A stretch of DNA of 64,000 bases from an uncultured Christensenellaceae bacterium (GTDB lineage: Bacteria > Bacillota > Clostridia > Christensenellales > Borkfalkiaceae), in NCBI GenBank assembly GCA_910587625.1, contig CAJUMW010000002.1, forward strand, positions 86,002 through 150,001. Direction: 5' to 3'. Below, piece by piece: positions 29,461-38,597 of the stretch (position 1 is the first letter of the stretch; each line of letters begins with the position of its first letter). The notes under the pieces were generated by a model that saw nothing but the letters and a program-made list of their open reading frames with translations, had not been told where the DNA came from and made no database searches. Made by a program: the position numbers and the translations under genes.

Positions 29461-31148
29461 ACTTAACAAAATTTAAGACACGCACCGACGAAAAGACGAC
29501 AATCAAAAAAATTGTGCTTGCCGGAAATCCGAACGCAGGCAAAACTACGCTTTTTAACGCGCTTACGCACAGCAGTTTGCGCACGGGCAATTTTCACGGA
29601 GTTACAACTTCTCCTTCGGAAAAAACAGTAGGCGGAATTAAGTTTGTAGACGTGCCCGGAGCGTATGCCTTCAGGGTATATTCAATGGAGGAGCGTTCGG
29701 CTGTAGACGAGCTTAAAAGCGCGGATATAGTCGTAAACGTTATCGACGCGCTGACGCTCGAAAACAGCCTACACCTCACTAAACAAATAATTGCGCTTGG
29801 GAAATATACCGTCGTTTACATAACAAAGTACGAAAAGCTTTTAAAGCGCGGCGGACATATAGATGCGCAAAAACTTTCCGAACACCTCGGCATACCCGTG
29901 TTTATATGTTCTCCCAAACAACTTTTAAAGGAGCTGGAAAAGGGCGCGTTGCCGCAAGCCGTCAAAAACGTAAATACGCCATTAAACGCGGCATATAACG
30001 GGGGTAATCTAAAAGTATCGAAGGTTGACCGACTGTTTTATAACCGCTTTTTTGCACTGTTTGTGTTTATAGCAAGCATTATTTTAATGTTCTTTCTTGC
30101 TTTTCATCCGTTGATGCCGGGTGCTCTGTTGAAAAATCTCACCGAGGGGCTTATATGCGATTCTTTCGGTGGATTTTTGACCGCCAATATGAGCAACGAA
30201 GCGGTCAAATCGCTCGTTAGCGAGGGCATATTAGGGGGTATAGGCGGAGTTTTGTCGTTTATACCGCAGATAATGATACTCTATCTTTTTTTGACTTTGC
30301 TCGACGAAAGCGGAGTAACTTCCGCACTTGCGTTTGCAACCGACGGGGTTTTTGAAAAAGTAAAGCTGTCCGGCAGAGCCGCGTTTTCGCTTATTTCGGG
30401 GTTCGGCTGTACGGCGGCTGCCATTCTTACCACGCGCGGCTATTCCTCTGTTTCGGCGCAAAGGCGCACGGTAGCTATTTTGCCGTTTATTCCCTGCGGC
30501 GCAAAATTGCCCGTATTTTTGACTTTTCTATCTCCGCTGTTTGATAATCCTTTTCCCGCAATAACTCTGTTGTATTTTGCGGGCTTGGTGTTTGCGGTGG
30601 CTGTATCCGCTATTTTAAAGGGCGAAAGGGAAAGTATGCTGTTCGAAGTTACGCCTATTTTTGTTCCTTCTTTTAAAGCAGTCGCTGAAAAGTTGTGTTT
30701 TTACTTAAAAGGGTTTATAATAAAGGTGGTCGGCGTGGTCGCGCTGTTTTGCGTGGTTTCCTGGGTGCTGTCGCACTTTTCGTTTACCTTCGAATACGTC
30801 GATGCGGACAAGAGCATGCTTGCGGCTATAAGTCGATTGATTTTGCCGCTGTTCTATCCCATGGGCATAACAGATTGGAGGCTGGCTTACGCAGCGCTGT
30901 GCGGCTTTATCGCAAAGGAAAACGTAGCCGCAACCGTGGCAATGTTGATGGGCGGAAATATAGGGCTGGGGCTTGCTCCGACGCTTGCCATTTGTACCTT
31001 CGAGCTTTTATGTCCGGCGTGTATTTCGGCGTTTTCCGCTTCGTGCAAGGAGTGCGGTTTGATTTTTACGCTGAAATGCGTGGGGTTTCAAATTTTAGTC
31101 AGTTTTATATTTGCATATCTTGTAAGGCTTGCGTTTTTTTGGGTTTGA
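29457..31148 (+). CDS. feoB: Ferrous iron transport protein B
   Basis: The ATG at 29457 gives MNLTKF... G1 motif LAGNPNAGKTTLFNALT and G3 motif VDVPGAY, followed by a polytopic membrane domain. The G4 region is divergent (TKYE). Confidence 0.9.
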   Translation: MNLTKFKTRTDEKTTIKKIVLAGNPNAGKTTLFNALTHSSLRTGNFHGVTTSPSEKTVGGIKFVDVPGAYAFRVYSMEERSAVDELKSADIVVNVIDALTLENSLHLTKQIIALGKYTVVYITKYEKLLKRGGHIDAQKLSEHLGIPVFICSPKQLLKELEKGALPQAVKNVNTPLNAAYNGGNLKVSKVDRLFYNRFFALFVFIASIILMFFLAFHPLMPGALLKNLTEGLICDSFGGFLTANMSNEAVKSLVSEGILGGIGGVLSFIPQIMILYLFLTLLDESGVTSALAFATDGVFEKVKLSGRAAFSLISGFGCTAAAILTTRGYSSVSAQRRTVAILPFIPCGAKLPVFLTFLSPLFDNPFPAITLLYFAGLVFAVAVSAILKGERESMLFEVTPIFVPSFKAVAEKLCFYLKGFIIKVVGVVALFCVVSWVLSHFSFTFEYVDADKSMLAAISRLILPLFYPMGITDWRLAYAALCGFIAKENVAATVAMLMGGNIGLGLAPTLAICTFELLCPACISAFSASCKECGLIFTLKCVGFQILVSFIFAYLVRLAFFWV

Positions 31149-31150
31149 CA

Positions 31151-31975
31151 ATGCGTGAATTTACAGTTAAAGAAAAACTTAATTTAAAGGATTTTACCGA
31201 TGCCGTCTATCCGCAGGGTTCGTTTTGCTATGCAAGGCTTTTGAAGGACAGGGACATAAAGGTAAACGGTAAACGCGTCGATAAAAACGTAACGCTGGAA
31301 ATCGGGGATATCGTAGCTTATTACACCACGAAGAAGCAGGAAGAGCTTAAAAGCCATTTGATAGCCTATGAGGACGACAACGTATATGTTGCGGACAAGT
31401 TGTCGGGAGTGAGCTTCGAGGGGCTGTACAGCGAAATTTCGGCGCATACGCAGTTGTTTGCGATACACAGGCTGGACAGAAATACGCAGGGGCTGATAAT
31501 TTTTGCCAAGACACGTCCGGCTGAGCAAGAGCTTTTGAGCGCGTTCAAGCAGCATAAAATCAACAAGACTTATTTTGCGCTCTGTAAAAACAACTTTAAA
31601 GAGGATAAAAAGCTACTGCGCGCCTATCTTAAAAAAGACGAAAAAGTTAGCTTGGTAAAAGTTTTTCAAAACCCTCGACAGGGCGCGGAAGAGATTGTTA
31701 CTCAATATGAGGTCTTACAAAAATTAAGCGACGTTGCGCTTGTTAAAATAGAGCTGCACACGGGCAGAACGCACCAGATAAGGGCGCATATGGCGTTTAT
31801 CGGCTGTCCCGTTCTCGGGGACGGCAAGTACGGGGATAGCGCGCTGAACAAAAAATACGGCTTAAAGAGGCAGTGTCTTGTGGCTAAATATTTAAGTTTC
31901 GAGCTGTCGGGCAGTCTTGCCTATTTAAACGATATAAAAATTCAAAGCGCATTTGAGCCGTCAATTAAGAATTGA
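31151..31975 (+). CDS. RluA-family pseudouridine synthase with N-terminal S4-like domain
   Basis: ATG at 31151 (MREFTVKEK..). Catalytic-Asp motif HRLDRNTQGLIIFAK. HTGRTHQIRAHMA motif. The upstream part of the 426-aa ORF overlaps feoB and is rejected. Confidence 0.85.
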   Translation: MREFTVKEKLNLKDFTDAVYPQGSFCYARLLKDRDIKVNGKRVDKNVTLEIGDIVAYYTTKKQEELKSHLIAYEDDNVYVADKLSGVSFEGLYSEISAHTQLFAIHRLDRNTQGLIIFAKTRPAEQELLSAFKQHKINKTYFALCKNNFKEDKKLLRAYLKKDEKVSLVKVFQNPRQGAEEIVTQYEVLQKLSDVALVKIELHTGRTHQIRAHMAFIGCPVLGDGKYGDSALNKKYGLKRQCLVAKYLSFELSGSLAYLNDIKIQSAFEPSIKN

Positions 31976-32039
31976 GTGTTTTTAACGCGCTAATGGAGTT
32001 TATAATTAATATATAAGAACATTATTAAGGACGGGAAAT

Positions 32040-32348
32040 ATGCAACAGGTAAAACTTATTTCGGCGGACGAGAGGCTTGTTTTCGAGCTTTCGGGAGAGA
32101 TTGACGCCGCCACAAGCGAGGATTTTTACGCACAGGTTTCGGCGGCTTACAACCACGATAAAAAGGACGTAACGTTCGACTGCGCCGCGCTGTCTTTCAT
32201 AGACAGTACTACGTTGGGTACTTTTGTCAAAATTTTTAAGATGCTCAGGCAGGACGGGAACAATATGCTACTCGACAGAGTGCGCCCGAACGTAAAAAAG
32301 CTATTTGATATCTGCGCGCTGAACACTATTATGGAGATACGGTCATGA
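32040..32348 (+). CDS. STAS-domain anti-sigma-factor antagonist (SpoIIAA/RsbV-like)
   Basis: 102 aa. LSFIDSTTLG contains the conserved phosphorylatable Ser context. Confidence 0.85.
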   Translation: MQQVKLISADERLVFELSGEIDAATSEDFYAQVSAAYNHDKKDVTFDCAALSFIDSTTLGTFVKIFKMLRQDGNNMLLDRVRPNVKKLFDICALNTIMEIRS

Positions 32349-32689
32349 ACCAATTTACCGTAAAATTCAACCTTGCCGACAGCGAGTATATGACGGCTTT
32401 GCGGCTTGTCTGCGGCGCGATAGGCAGCGTTCACGAGCTGGATATCGACGCTTTGGAGGACTTTAAAGTCTGCGTTACCGAAAGCGCCATTATACTTAAA
32501 AACTGCGGCTTTGAAAGCCTTGTTGCCGCGTTCTCGGGAGAGGGGGCGGCTTGCACGCTTTACGGAGAGGGCGGAGTTCCCCAAGAGGGGGACAACGAGT
32601 TTTCGCTTGCGCTGATTTCCGCACTTGTCGACGAGTGCGACATAGAGCGTAGCGGTGACGTTATAAAGAGAGTTACTATTAAGCTATGA
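32345..32689 (+). CDS. Short, apparently degenerate HATPase-like anti-sigma-factor homologue in the spoIIAB position
   Basis: 114 aa. The N-terminal half aligns by eye with SpoIIAB/RsbW (..YMTALRLVCGAIGSVHELDIDALEDFKVCVTESAII..). I cannot find the N-box Asn context or a DxGxG box. Confidence 0.5.
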   Translation: MNQFTVKFNLADSEYMTALRLVCGAIGSVHELDIDALEDFKVCVTESAIILKNCGFESLVAAFSGEGAACTLYGEGGVPQEGDNEFSLALISALVDECDIERSGDVIKRVTIKL

Positions 32690-33417
32690 TGGATATAAAC
32701 GCGTCGGACGAGCTGTTCAAGCAATATAAAATAACGCGCGACGTAGAGCTGCGCAATAAGCTTGTCGAAAATTATTTTTACATTGCCGAGATACTTGCCA
32801 AAAAGTTTTCTGGCAGAGGTGTGGAATACGACGATTTGTTGCAGGTTGCTTCGGAAGCGCTTATTTCGGGCGTTGAAAAATTCGACCCCGATATGGGCAA
32901 CCGCTTTACTTCTTACATAACCCCTACTATTACGGGTATGATAAAAAATTATTTTCGCGACTTTTCACGTTCTGTGAGGGTACCGCGCAGAATTTATTCG
33001 GTGGCGGCAAAGGTAAAAAATCAGATAAACGAGTACTATAAAATTCACGGCGTAAAGCCGACCGTAAGGCAACTTGCGGAATCGCTCGGGCTGTCCGAGG
33101 AACTCATTGTGGAGGCGCTTGAATGCCGCGCAACCGTAAGCCTTGACCAAAAGGTAATAGGTGACGACGGAGAAGCCGACACAGCTCTAAGCGATATGAT
33201 TGCGTCCGACAAGGACAATTTCGAGGAGTTTGAGGACAGCGAGTCGTTAAGGACTGAAATAAGCAAGTTGGAGCCAATAGAACAGCAGGTAATTTCGCTG
33301 CGTTATTTGCAGGGAAAGTCGCAGACCGAGGTCGGTAAAATTCTCGGCGTAAGTCAGATGTTTGTGTCGCGTGCCGAGAGAAAGATTTTTGAAAAATTAA
33401 AGGACGCGCTGTCATAA
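32686..33417 (+). CDS. Group-3 sigma-70 family sigma factor (SigF/SigB/SigG-like)
   Basis: 243 aa. Region 2 (DDLLQVASEALISGVEKFDP..FTSYITPTITGMIKNYFRD). Region 4 HTH (QTEVGKILGVSQMFVSRAERK). Confidence 0.9.
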   Translation: MMDINASDELFKQYKITRDVELRNKLVENYFYIAEILAKKFSGRGVEYDDLLQVASEALISGVEKFDPDMGNRFTSYITPTITGMIKNYFRDFSRSVRVPRRIYSVAAKVKNQINEYYKIHGVKPTVRQLAESLGLSEELIVEALECRATVSLDQKVIGDDGEADTALSDMIASDKDNFEEFEDSESLRTEISKLEPIEQQVISLRYLQGKSQTEVGKILGVSQMFVSRAERKIFEKLKDALS

Positions 33418-33782
33418 TGTTTACTTTCAGAGTCGATGATTTAAGTAAAATGAACGAAAAGCTGCGCGCGTTTGCCGAGTTTTTGCGTTCGGAAAATATT
33501 GAGGACAACGACGTGTTTTTTTGTCGTCTGGTTTCGTGCGAGCTTATATCCAACGTGATCCGTCACGGCGGAGAGGCGGCGGAGTTTAACGGCGGCATAG
33601 GGGACGGCAAGGTTGTTATTACGGTCGTAGCTTCGAGTTTCGACGGCGTAAGCCTAACGTCTGAGTTGCCCGACGTGCTTGCCGAAAACGGCAGGGGTAT
33701 GTACATTGTCAGAAATATCTGTTCGGGAGAAGTTGAAAAGTTAAATGGCGGCGTGCGCGTGACGTACAAGCTTAATAAATAA
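33417..33782 (+). CDS. Second small HATPase_c-like (RsbW/SpoIIAB-like) protein downstream of the sigma gene
   Basis: 121 aa. N-box-like ELISNVIRHGG and G1-like ENGRGMYIVRNI. Confidence 0.6.
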   Translation: MFTFRVDDLSKMNEKLRAFAEFLRSENIEDNDVFFCRLVSCELISNVIRHGGEAAEFNGGIGDGKVVITVVASSFDGVSLTSELPDVLAENGRGMYIVRNICSGEVEKLNGGVRVTYKLNK

Positions 33783-33791
33783 AAGAATAAA

Positions 33792-33831
33792 TTTAAACGG
33801 CGCAAGGCTTGAAAGCCTTGCGCCGTTTAAA
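33792..33831 (+). terminator. Long hairpin after the sigma operon (no clear T-run)
   Basis: TTTAAACGGCGCAAGGCTT-gaa-AAGCCTTGCGCCGTTTAAA. Confidence 0.5.
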
Positions 33832-33837
33832 AAATAA

Positions 33838-33861
33838 AACCCCTTCCGCAAGGAAGGGGTT
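33838..33861 (-). terminator. Intrinsic terminator for the convergent membrane-protein gene
   Basis: AACCCCTTCC-gcaa-GGAAGGGGTT. On the minus strand it is followed by TTATTTTTT. Confidence 0.65.
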
Positions 33862-33866
33862 ATTTG

Positions 33867-35420
33867 TTACATCATATTAGCTTGTTTATAAAGCATATTC
33901 ATAAGTTCGTCAGAAACAAGGTCGCGTATTCTCGCATAGTAGATAAAGATGGAGGTAAAGAACTTTTCGTTTTTGCCGCCTACCGTGTAATCGGGAATGC
34001 AGGAAATAGGTCCGTTCTGACGTTCGAGGAATACTCTCGAAAACTCGACTTTCTGCTCGTTGGCAAGCGTGCGAATGAAGTCGTCGGTGGGTCCTTGGTA
34101 TATGATAGGTGTGTAAAGCCTTTCCGTATTTTCGACCGTGGGCGCCGCCTTTGTATCCGCAACGGGAACGACCCTTGCAGGCTGTTCCTCTGCGTGAGGC
34201 TTCTTTTTCTTTTCGGGTTTTTCCGTTTTTTCCGCCGTAGGTTTTGCGGTTTCTTTCGACTTTTTAGCTTTTTTCTTGCCTGCTGCCTTAGCCTTCTTTT
34301 TGTCGAGAAGGGCTACGCGGAACACGTTGATTACATGTGAGATAAGAGCAAGTATAGCCGCAATAATTACAAAGTTGCCAAGCGCCACGCCTTCCGCAAA
34401 GAAGGTGGTAACAACTATTACAATCAACGCCGCGACTTCGAGGGTGTATCTTATTATATTTACCACAAACATAAACTTGTTTGTCTTTTTGCCGAGACCC
34501 ATAAGGTCAAGCACAAGGTTTACAAACGCAAGATATCCGAATGTAACTGCCGCAAGCTCAAGTGTAATTACGGTAATTTCTCTGCCCTCGAATGCAAGCC
34601 CCGTCGTGAACAGAGAGTTTATAAGTCCGAGCACGTCTGCCGCCGTTTCCCCCGACGTGTAGAGCGTAAGGTTGAGTCCCGACGCAAAATCCGTGAGGAA
34701 GGGGAGCATAAACGGAATGCCGTAGATAAAAATTACTACGACTGCCGACATAAGCGCAAGCAAAAATTTTACTAAACCCGAGCCGCCCTTGTAGAAAATA
34801 GCCTGTACAATCAACATCAAAAGCGTGCCGCCGATTGCGGAGATAAGCCCGTAATTTGTAAAATCGGCTATTGTTTTGCCGTCGATAATAAATTGATTAA
34901 AAAGAATAATTACGAAGGTCGACAAAGTTGCTATCGCAAGCACTTCGATAAACGAGGCTGCTCTCAAAGCGACGTTTTTGTCCTTCTTGCTCTTTCTGTC
35001 CGCAGTTTCGTCAGTTGTTTCGGGGTCTGTTGAAGCGTCCTTGGACTTTTTCTTACCCTTTTTCCCGCTGAACGCGCTGACGCAGACGGGAATAAGAGCA
35101 ACTACTCCCGCAAGGGTAACAAGCGCGTAAAGTACTACGAGTATAGCGGCAAGATTAATTCCGCCCTCGGGCCAACCGGCAACGTTAAAGGGGAAATTGT
35201 AGGTAAAGTCGGGAGTACCGAACATACCCTGCAGACCTGTTTCCCCGATTTTCCAGATGCTGTCAAAAGCCGCCGGAATCTGTAATCCGAGCATAGAGTC
35301 AACCGGATTTGCAAAATCGGAGGGCAAAAACAGACCTAATAAAAGGCAGACAAGCGCGATAAAATATGTTATCAACGCAAAAATTTTATTGGGCTTTTTA
35401 GATTTCTTCTCGTTTCCCAT
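33867..35420 (-). CDS. Polytopic membrane protein with Lys-rich low-complexity linkers and a soluble C-terminal domain, function unknown
   Basis: 517 aa. Many hydrophobic helices. Linkers GKKGKKKSKDAS.. and KKKAKAAGKKKAKKSKETAKPTAEKTEKPEKKKKP. No family recognised. Confidence 0.7.
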   Translation of the reverse strand: MGNEKKSKKPNKIFALITYFIALVCLLLGLFLPSDFANPVDSMLGLQIPAAFDSIWKIGETGLQGMFGTPDFTYNFPFNVAGWPEGGINLAAILVVLYALVTLAGVVALIPVCVSAFSGKKGKKKSKDASTDPETTDETADRKSKKDKNVALRAASFIEVLAIATLSTFVIILFNQFIIDGKTIADFTNYGLISAIGGTLLMLIVQAIFYKGGSGLVKFLLALMSAVVVIFIYGIPFMLPFLTDFASGLNLTLYTSGETAADVLGLINSLFTTGLAFEGREITVITLELAAVTFGYLAFVNLVLDLMGLGKKTNKFMFVVNIIRYTLEVAALIVIVVTTFFAEGVALGNFVIIAAILALISHVINVFRVALLDKKKAKAAGKKKAKKSKETAKPTAEKTEKPEKKKKPHAEEQPARVVPVADTKAAPTVENTERLYTPIIYQGPTDDFIRTLANEQKVEFSRVFLERQNGPISCIPDYTVGGKNEKFFTSIFIYYARIRDLVSDELMNMLYKQANMM

Positions 35421-35697
35421 AATGTGTTTCTCCGTTAAGCTTTAAAATTCCGCGATATGCGAAATGTGAAGTTTGATACAATAGTTATGTACTCTAACAT
35501 TTTATACCAAAATGTGTGATATGTCAAGAATAAATTAAACAAAATTATATAGTTGACAAAAATAAAACGATTTAAAACGTTATAAACCGATAAATTTGTG
35601 AGTATAATCGTTCGTAAAGAGATTGTGCAATTCAAAGGCTTAATATTCCGCGTTTTTTTACCGGGCTTTAGTTATGCGATAAAAATAACAAAATCTA

Positions 35698-35726
35698 TTG
35701 CTTTCCTTTGAAAAGACTGCTATAAT
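35698..35726 (+). promoter_or_regulatory. Sigma-A-type promoter candidate
   Basis: TTGCTT (35698-35703), 17 nt, TATAAT (35721-35726). Confidence 0.45.
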
Positions 35727-35796
35727 GGCGGTAAAGGCAGGTTCATTTGCCTGTATAAATTGCCTTTGCGGCAATATATAAGGACGGTTAAAAATT

Positions 35797-36156
35797 TTGG
35801 AAAATATTCATAGGGTGCCGAATATGCCCGAGTTAAGCAGGTTTAAGGACGGCGACATCATTAATTTCGGAGAGGTAATTGCAACGCTTCCGAAGTCTGT
35901 TCGCGAAAAACTTGCAGAAGGCTTCGATATGAAGTGTTTTGCAAAAGTTTTCGAAGACGCCGATATGATGAGCACCATAGACAGCTTTTTGGAAAACGGT
36001 ATGAACGTGTCGCAGGCGGCGCGCACGCTGTATATGCACAGAAATACGCTTATATACAGACTCAACTCGGTAAAGCGGCTTACGGGTTTGGATTTGCGGA
36101 ACTTTGAAATGGCTACGACTTTTATGTTATTACATTATTTATATTTATTAAAGTGA
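35797..36156 (+). CDS. Small PucR/CdaR-type C-terminal HTH protein
   Basis: NVSQAARTLYMHRNTLIYRLNSVKRLTGLDLRNFE matches the PucR-type HTH. The start is uncertain: TTG at 35797 or ATG at 35824. Confidence 0.68.
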   Translation: MENIHRVPNMPELSRFKDGDIINFGEVIATLPKSVREKLAEGFDMKCFAKVFEDADMMSTIDSFLENGMNVSQAARTLYMHRNTLIYRLNSVKRLTGLDLRNFEMATTFMLLHYLYLLK

Positions 36157-36168
36157 GGTTGAAAATCC

Positions 36169-37521
36169 GTGAACGACAGCGAAAACAAAGTGTTTGAAAA
36201 CGGCGGCAAAAAAGTTAAAATTATAGTCAGCGTAATTGTCGCTTTGATAATTGCGGTTTCGTCCTTTTTTATAGGTTTTTTTACCCATAAACTTACCCGT
36301 GACGAATATGTTTCGTCGGTGGAATGGGTAATGTCGATGATTGAAAAAAACTATTATTTTTCAGAGGATTTCGACAAGGAGGACGCAAAAAATCTTTCCC
36401 TTAAAGCGCTTGTAAGCAAGCTTGATATATATTCCGAATACTACACGGCGGAAGAGTATCGAGCCGTTATGTCCGACAACGAAGGGGAAAAGAGCGGCAT
36501 AGGCATAACCTATCAATTTCTCAAAGATAAGGGCGTTTTGCTTGTGTCGGTTATGGGCAATTCCCCGGCCTGGATTTCCGGACTTAGATCGGGTGACATA
36601 CTTACGGGAGGAATAGCCGACGGAGAGCAATATCCGTTCGACACGTCAGCCGCTTTTTCCGATTTTATATCGGCGCAAAGTCCGGGAGAGAAGTTTACGG
36701 TAACTACCGAACACGCAGAATATACGCTGTCGAGAGAGGTATATACCGCGAGCTACGCATATATGGCAACAGCCGCCACCTCGTGGGAGTTTGTAGCTTC
36801 CGGGGACGGTAAAGGGCTTGCCTTGGTCGAGAACCGCAGCGGCGCTATACCATATTTGCCTGACGGCGCGGCGTATATAAATCTTTCGCAGTTTTTCGGA
36901 ACTATGGCGGACGAGTTCGGCGTGCTTATGTCAAAGTTCAATGCCGAGCACTACACTACAATGTATCTCGATTTGAGAAATAACGGCGGAGGCTATGTTT
37001 CCGCAATGCAGGATATCGCAGGTTACTTTACTTCCTCGCTTTCAAACAAAACTCACGTCGCAATGACGGCAAAATACAGAAACGGTCGCAACGAGGTCTA
37101 CGACTGCGTAAAGCATTCGGGCACAAGCCTTGTTTCCAAGGACACGAAAATTTACGTTCTTGCCAACAGCGGCACGGCAAGCGCTTCCGAGGCGCTGATA
37201 GGCGTGCTTGTCAGTTACGGGTTTGTGGACTACTCGGATATATTTGTTTCAAACTATTCGGACGACTATATGAAGTTTATAGGCGTGGGACAGAAAAACG
37301 CGCAGACCTACGGCAAGGGCATAATGCAGTCGACGTTTTATAATTATTATACGGGGGAGGCTGTCAAGCTGACTACGGCGCGCATCTATTGGCCGAACGA
37401 CAAGTGCATTCACGACGTGGCGCTTTCCGAAAGGGACGGGGTAACTTTGGTCGACGCGGACTGGATTGTGACGAGGGAGGATACCGAACTTCAACGCGTT
37501 GTGCAAAAGACGACAAGTTAA
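36169..37521 (+). CDS. S41-family C-terminal processing peptidase with PDZ domain
   Basis: GTG start with GAGG upstream. N-terminal TM. PDZ-like GIGITYQ..GNSPAWISGLRSGDIL. Catalytic-Ser context NSGTASASEALIGVL. Confidence 0.85.
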   Translation: MNDSENKVFENGGKKVKIIVSVIVALIIAVSSFFIGFFTHKLTRDEYVSSVEWVMSMIEKNYYFSEDFDKEDAKNLSLKALVSKLDIYSEYYTAEEYRAVMSDNEGEKSGIGITYQFLKDKGVLLVSVMGNSPAWISGLRSGDILTGGIADGEQYPFDTSAAFSDFISAQSPGEKFTVTTEHAEYTLSREVYTASYAYMATAATSWEFVASGDGKGLALVENRSGAIPYLPDGAAYINLSQFFGTMADEFGVLMSKFNAEHYTTMYLDLRNNGGGYVSAMQDIAGYFTSSLSNKTHVAMTAKYRNGRNEVYDCVKHSGTSLVSKDTKIYVLANSGTASASEALIGVLVSYGFVDYSDIFVSNYSDDYMKFIGVGQKNAQTYGKGIMQSTFYNYYTGEAVKLTTARIYWPNDKCIHDVALSERDGVTLVDADWIVTREDTELQRVVQKTTS

Positions 37522-37532
37522 ATTATTAAATT

Positions 37533-37565
37533 AACCCGCCTTGCGATTTTGCAAGGCGGGTTTTT
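37533..37565. terminator. Bidirectional intrinsic terminator
   Basis: AACCCGCCTTGC-gatttt-GCAAGGCGGGTT followed by TTT. Confidence 0.75.
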
Positions 37566-37764
37566 ATATGGGCTTTTTAACTGTTTTAATTCTGCGCGCC
37601 GAAAAAATTACGCACACCAAAAATCCTTCCTCGGTTCGGGTTACGTCAATCGACGCGTCGTCGTTTCTTTCAAAGTACTCGTCGGTTAAGCGCTGTAAAT
37701 CCTTTAAAAACAAGCCGCGCTCGAACTCGGACATATCGTCCCTGTCTAAAATTACTTTGTTCAT
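37564..37764 (-). CDS. Small MinE-like protein (topological-specificity-domain-like, no N-terminal MinD-interacting helix seen)
   Basis: 66 aa from the ATG at 37764, with ATGA overlap to the upstream MinD-like gene. ..LKDLQRLTDEYFE..ASIDVTRTEEGFLVCVIFSARRIKTVKK resembles the C-terminal half of clostridial MinE by eye. Confidence 0.45.
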   Translation of the reverse strand: MNKVILDRDDMSEFERGLFLKDLQRLTDEYFERNDDASIDVTRTEEGFLVCVIFSARRIKTVKKPI

Positions 37765-38492
37765 ACATGCTCCCTCAGTTTTCTCTTTAAATATCCTCTG
37801 AGTCCCCTGTAATTTTTTAAAACGTCGTGCACGTCCTTGCTCTTGCCCGTCAGGTTTTCTGCGGCGGACCTGAACGCCGCAAGCGTGTTTGCTCTCCATC
37901 TTCCGACGGGCAGCGATAAATCTTCGGGTATCGCTGCGGCAAGTTCGACGCGTATAAGGGTGGAAATTTCCTTTGCCGTCATACTTTCTCCGCTAAGTAT
38001 AAGCGCGGCGCTGAGTTTGTTTACCATAAGCTTAATATCTTTAACTCCGCCGTCCCAAAGCGCCGAGCGGCAGACGTCCGCACTCTTTACGGAATATGGG
38101 AAGGGGTCGGTTACTATTACTGCGCTGTCGCAAGTTTCGGGCGCAAATTTATCCAACAGCAGATAGTCGAACAGCCCTTCTAAATCTTCGACGGCTCTTT
38201 TTGCATAGGCCTCGTCCTTTAAACCCAGCGAGGACATAAAGTGCAGGTTTGAATATTTCGGGTGAGAGATTATTGTCTGTTTTGCTCGGCACGCCCCCTT
38301 TTCGTAGTCGGATAGGGTGTACACAAGCATATCTCGCACGTCACCCATAATAAGCGCATCCGCGCCTCGTCTGTCTCCGTCGCAGATAAGGGTGCGTTCT
38401 CCAAGTTCGGCAAGCGCGCGGCCAACTCCCACGCAGCAGGTAGTTACGCCCGTGCCGCCTTTAAAGCTTGTAAAAAAAATTTTTTTTGCCAT
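37761..38492 (-). CDS. MinD/ParA-superfamily protein with a degenerate deviant Walker A
   Basis: 243 aa from the ATG at 38492. It aligns with MinD along its length (IFFTSFKGGTGVTT vs canonical SGKGGVGKTT; IPEDLSL..; basic amphipathic C-terminal tail). The P-loop GK(T/S) lysine is replaced by Val. Confidence 0.75.
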   Translation of the reverse strand: MAKKIFFTSFKGGTGVTTCCVGVGRALAELGERTLICDGDRRGADALIMGDVRDMLVYTLSDYEKGACRAKQTIISHPKYSNLHFMSSLGLKDEAYAKRAVEDLEGLFDYLLLDKFAPETCDSAVIVTDPFPYSVKSADVCRSALWDGGVKDIKLMVNKLSAALILSGESMTAKEISTLIRVELAAAIPEDLSLPVGRWRANTLAAFRSAAENLTGKSKDVHDVLKNYRGLRGYLKRKLREHV

Positions 38493-38597
38493 AATCAAGA
38501 TTTTATACGCGCGCGAGGTAAAAAATTTCACTATTTGCGTCGAAAAAGCGCTAAGTTTGTGATGTATATAAGCACAGGTCAAATCATACCATATTAT

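Noticed and set aside
30695-31150. The upstream 150 codons of the 426-aa ORF overlap feoB.
   Set aside because: This stretch is out-of-frame read-through of the feoB 3' region with an Arg/Gly/Cys-rich, nonsense-like translation. The RluA-type protein begins at the ATG at 31151, right after the feoB stop.
35421-35796. The 376-nt AT-rich divergent intergenic region might hide an sRNA or a riboswitch.
   Set aside because: Only promoter-like hexamers and two short hairpins (35730-35775) are visible. No conserved riboswitch core was recognised, so the evidence is insufficient to call a feature.
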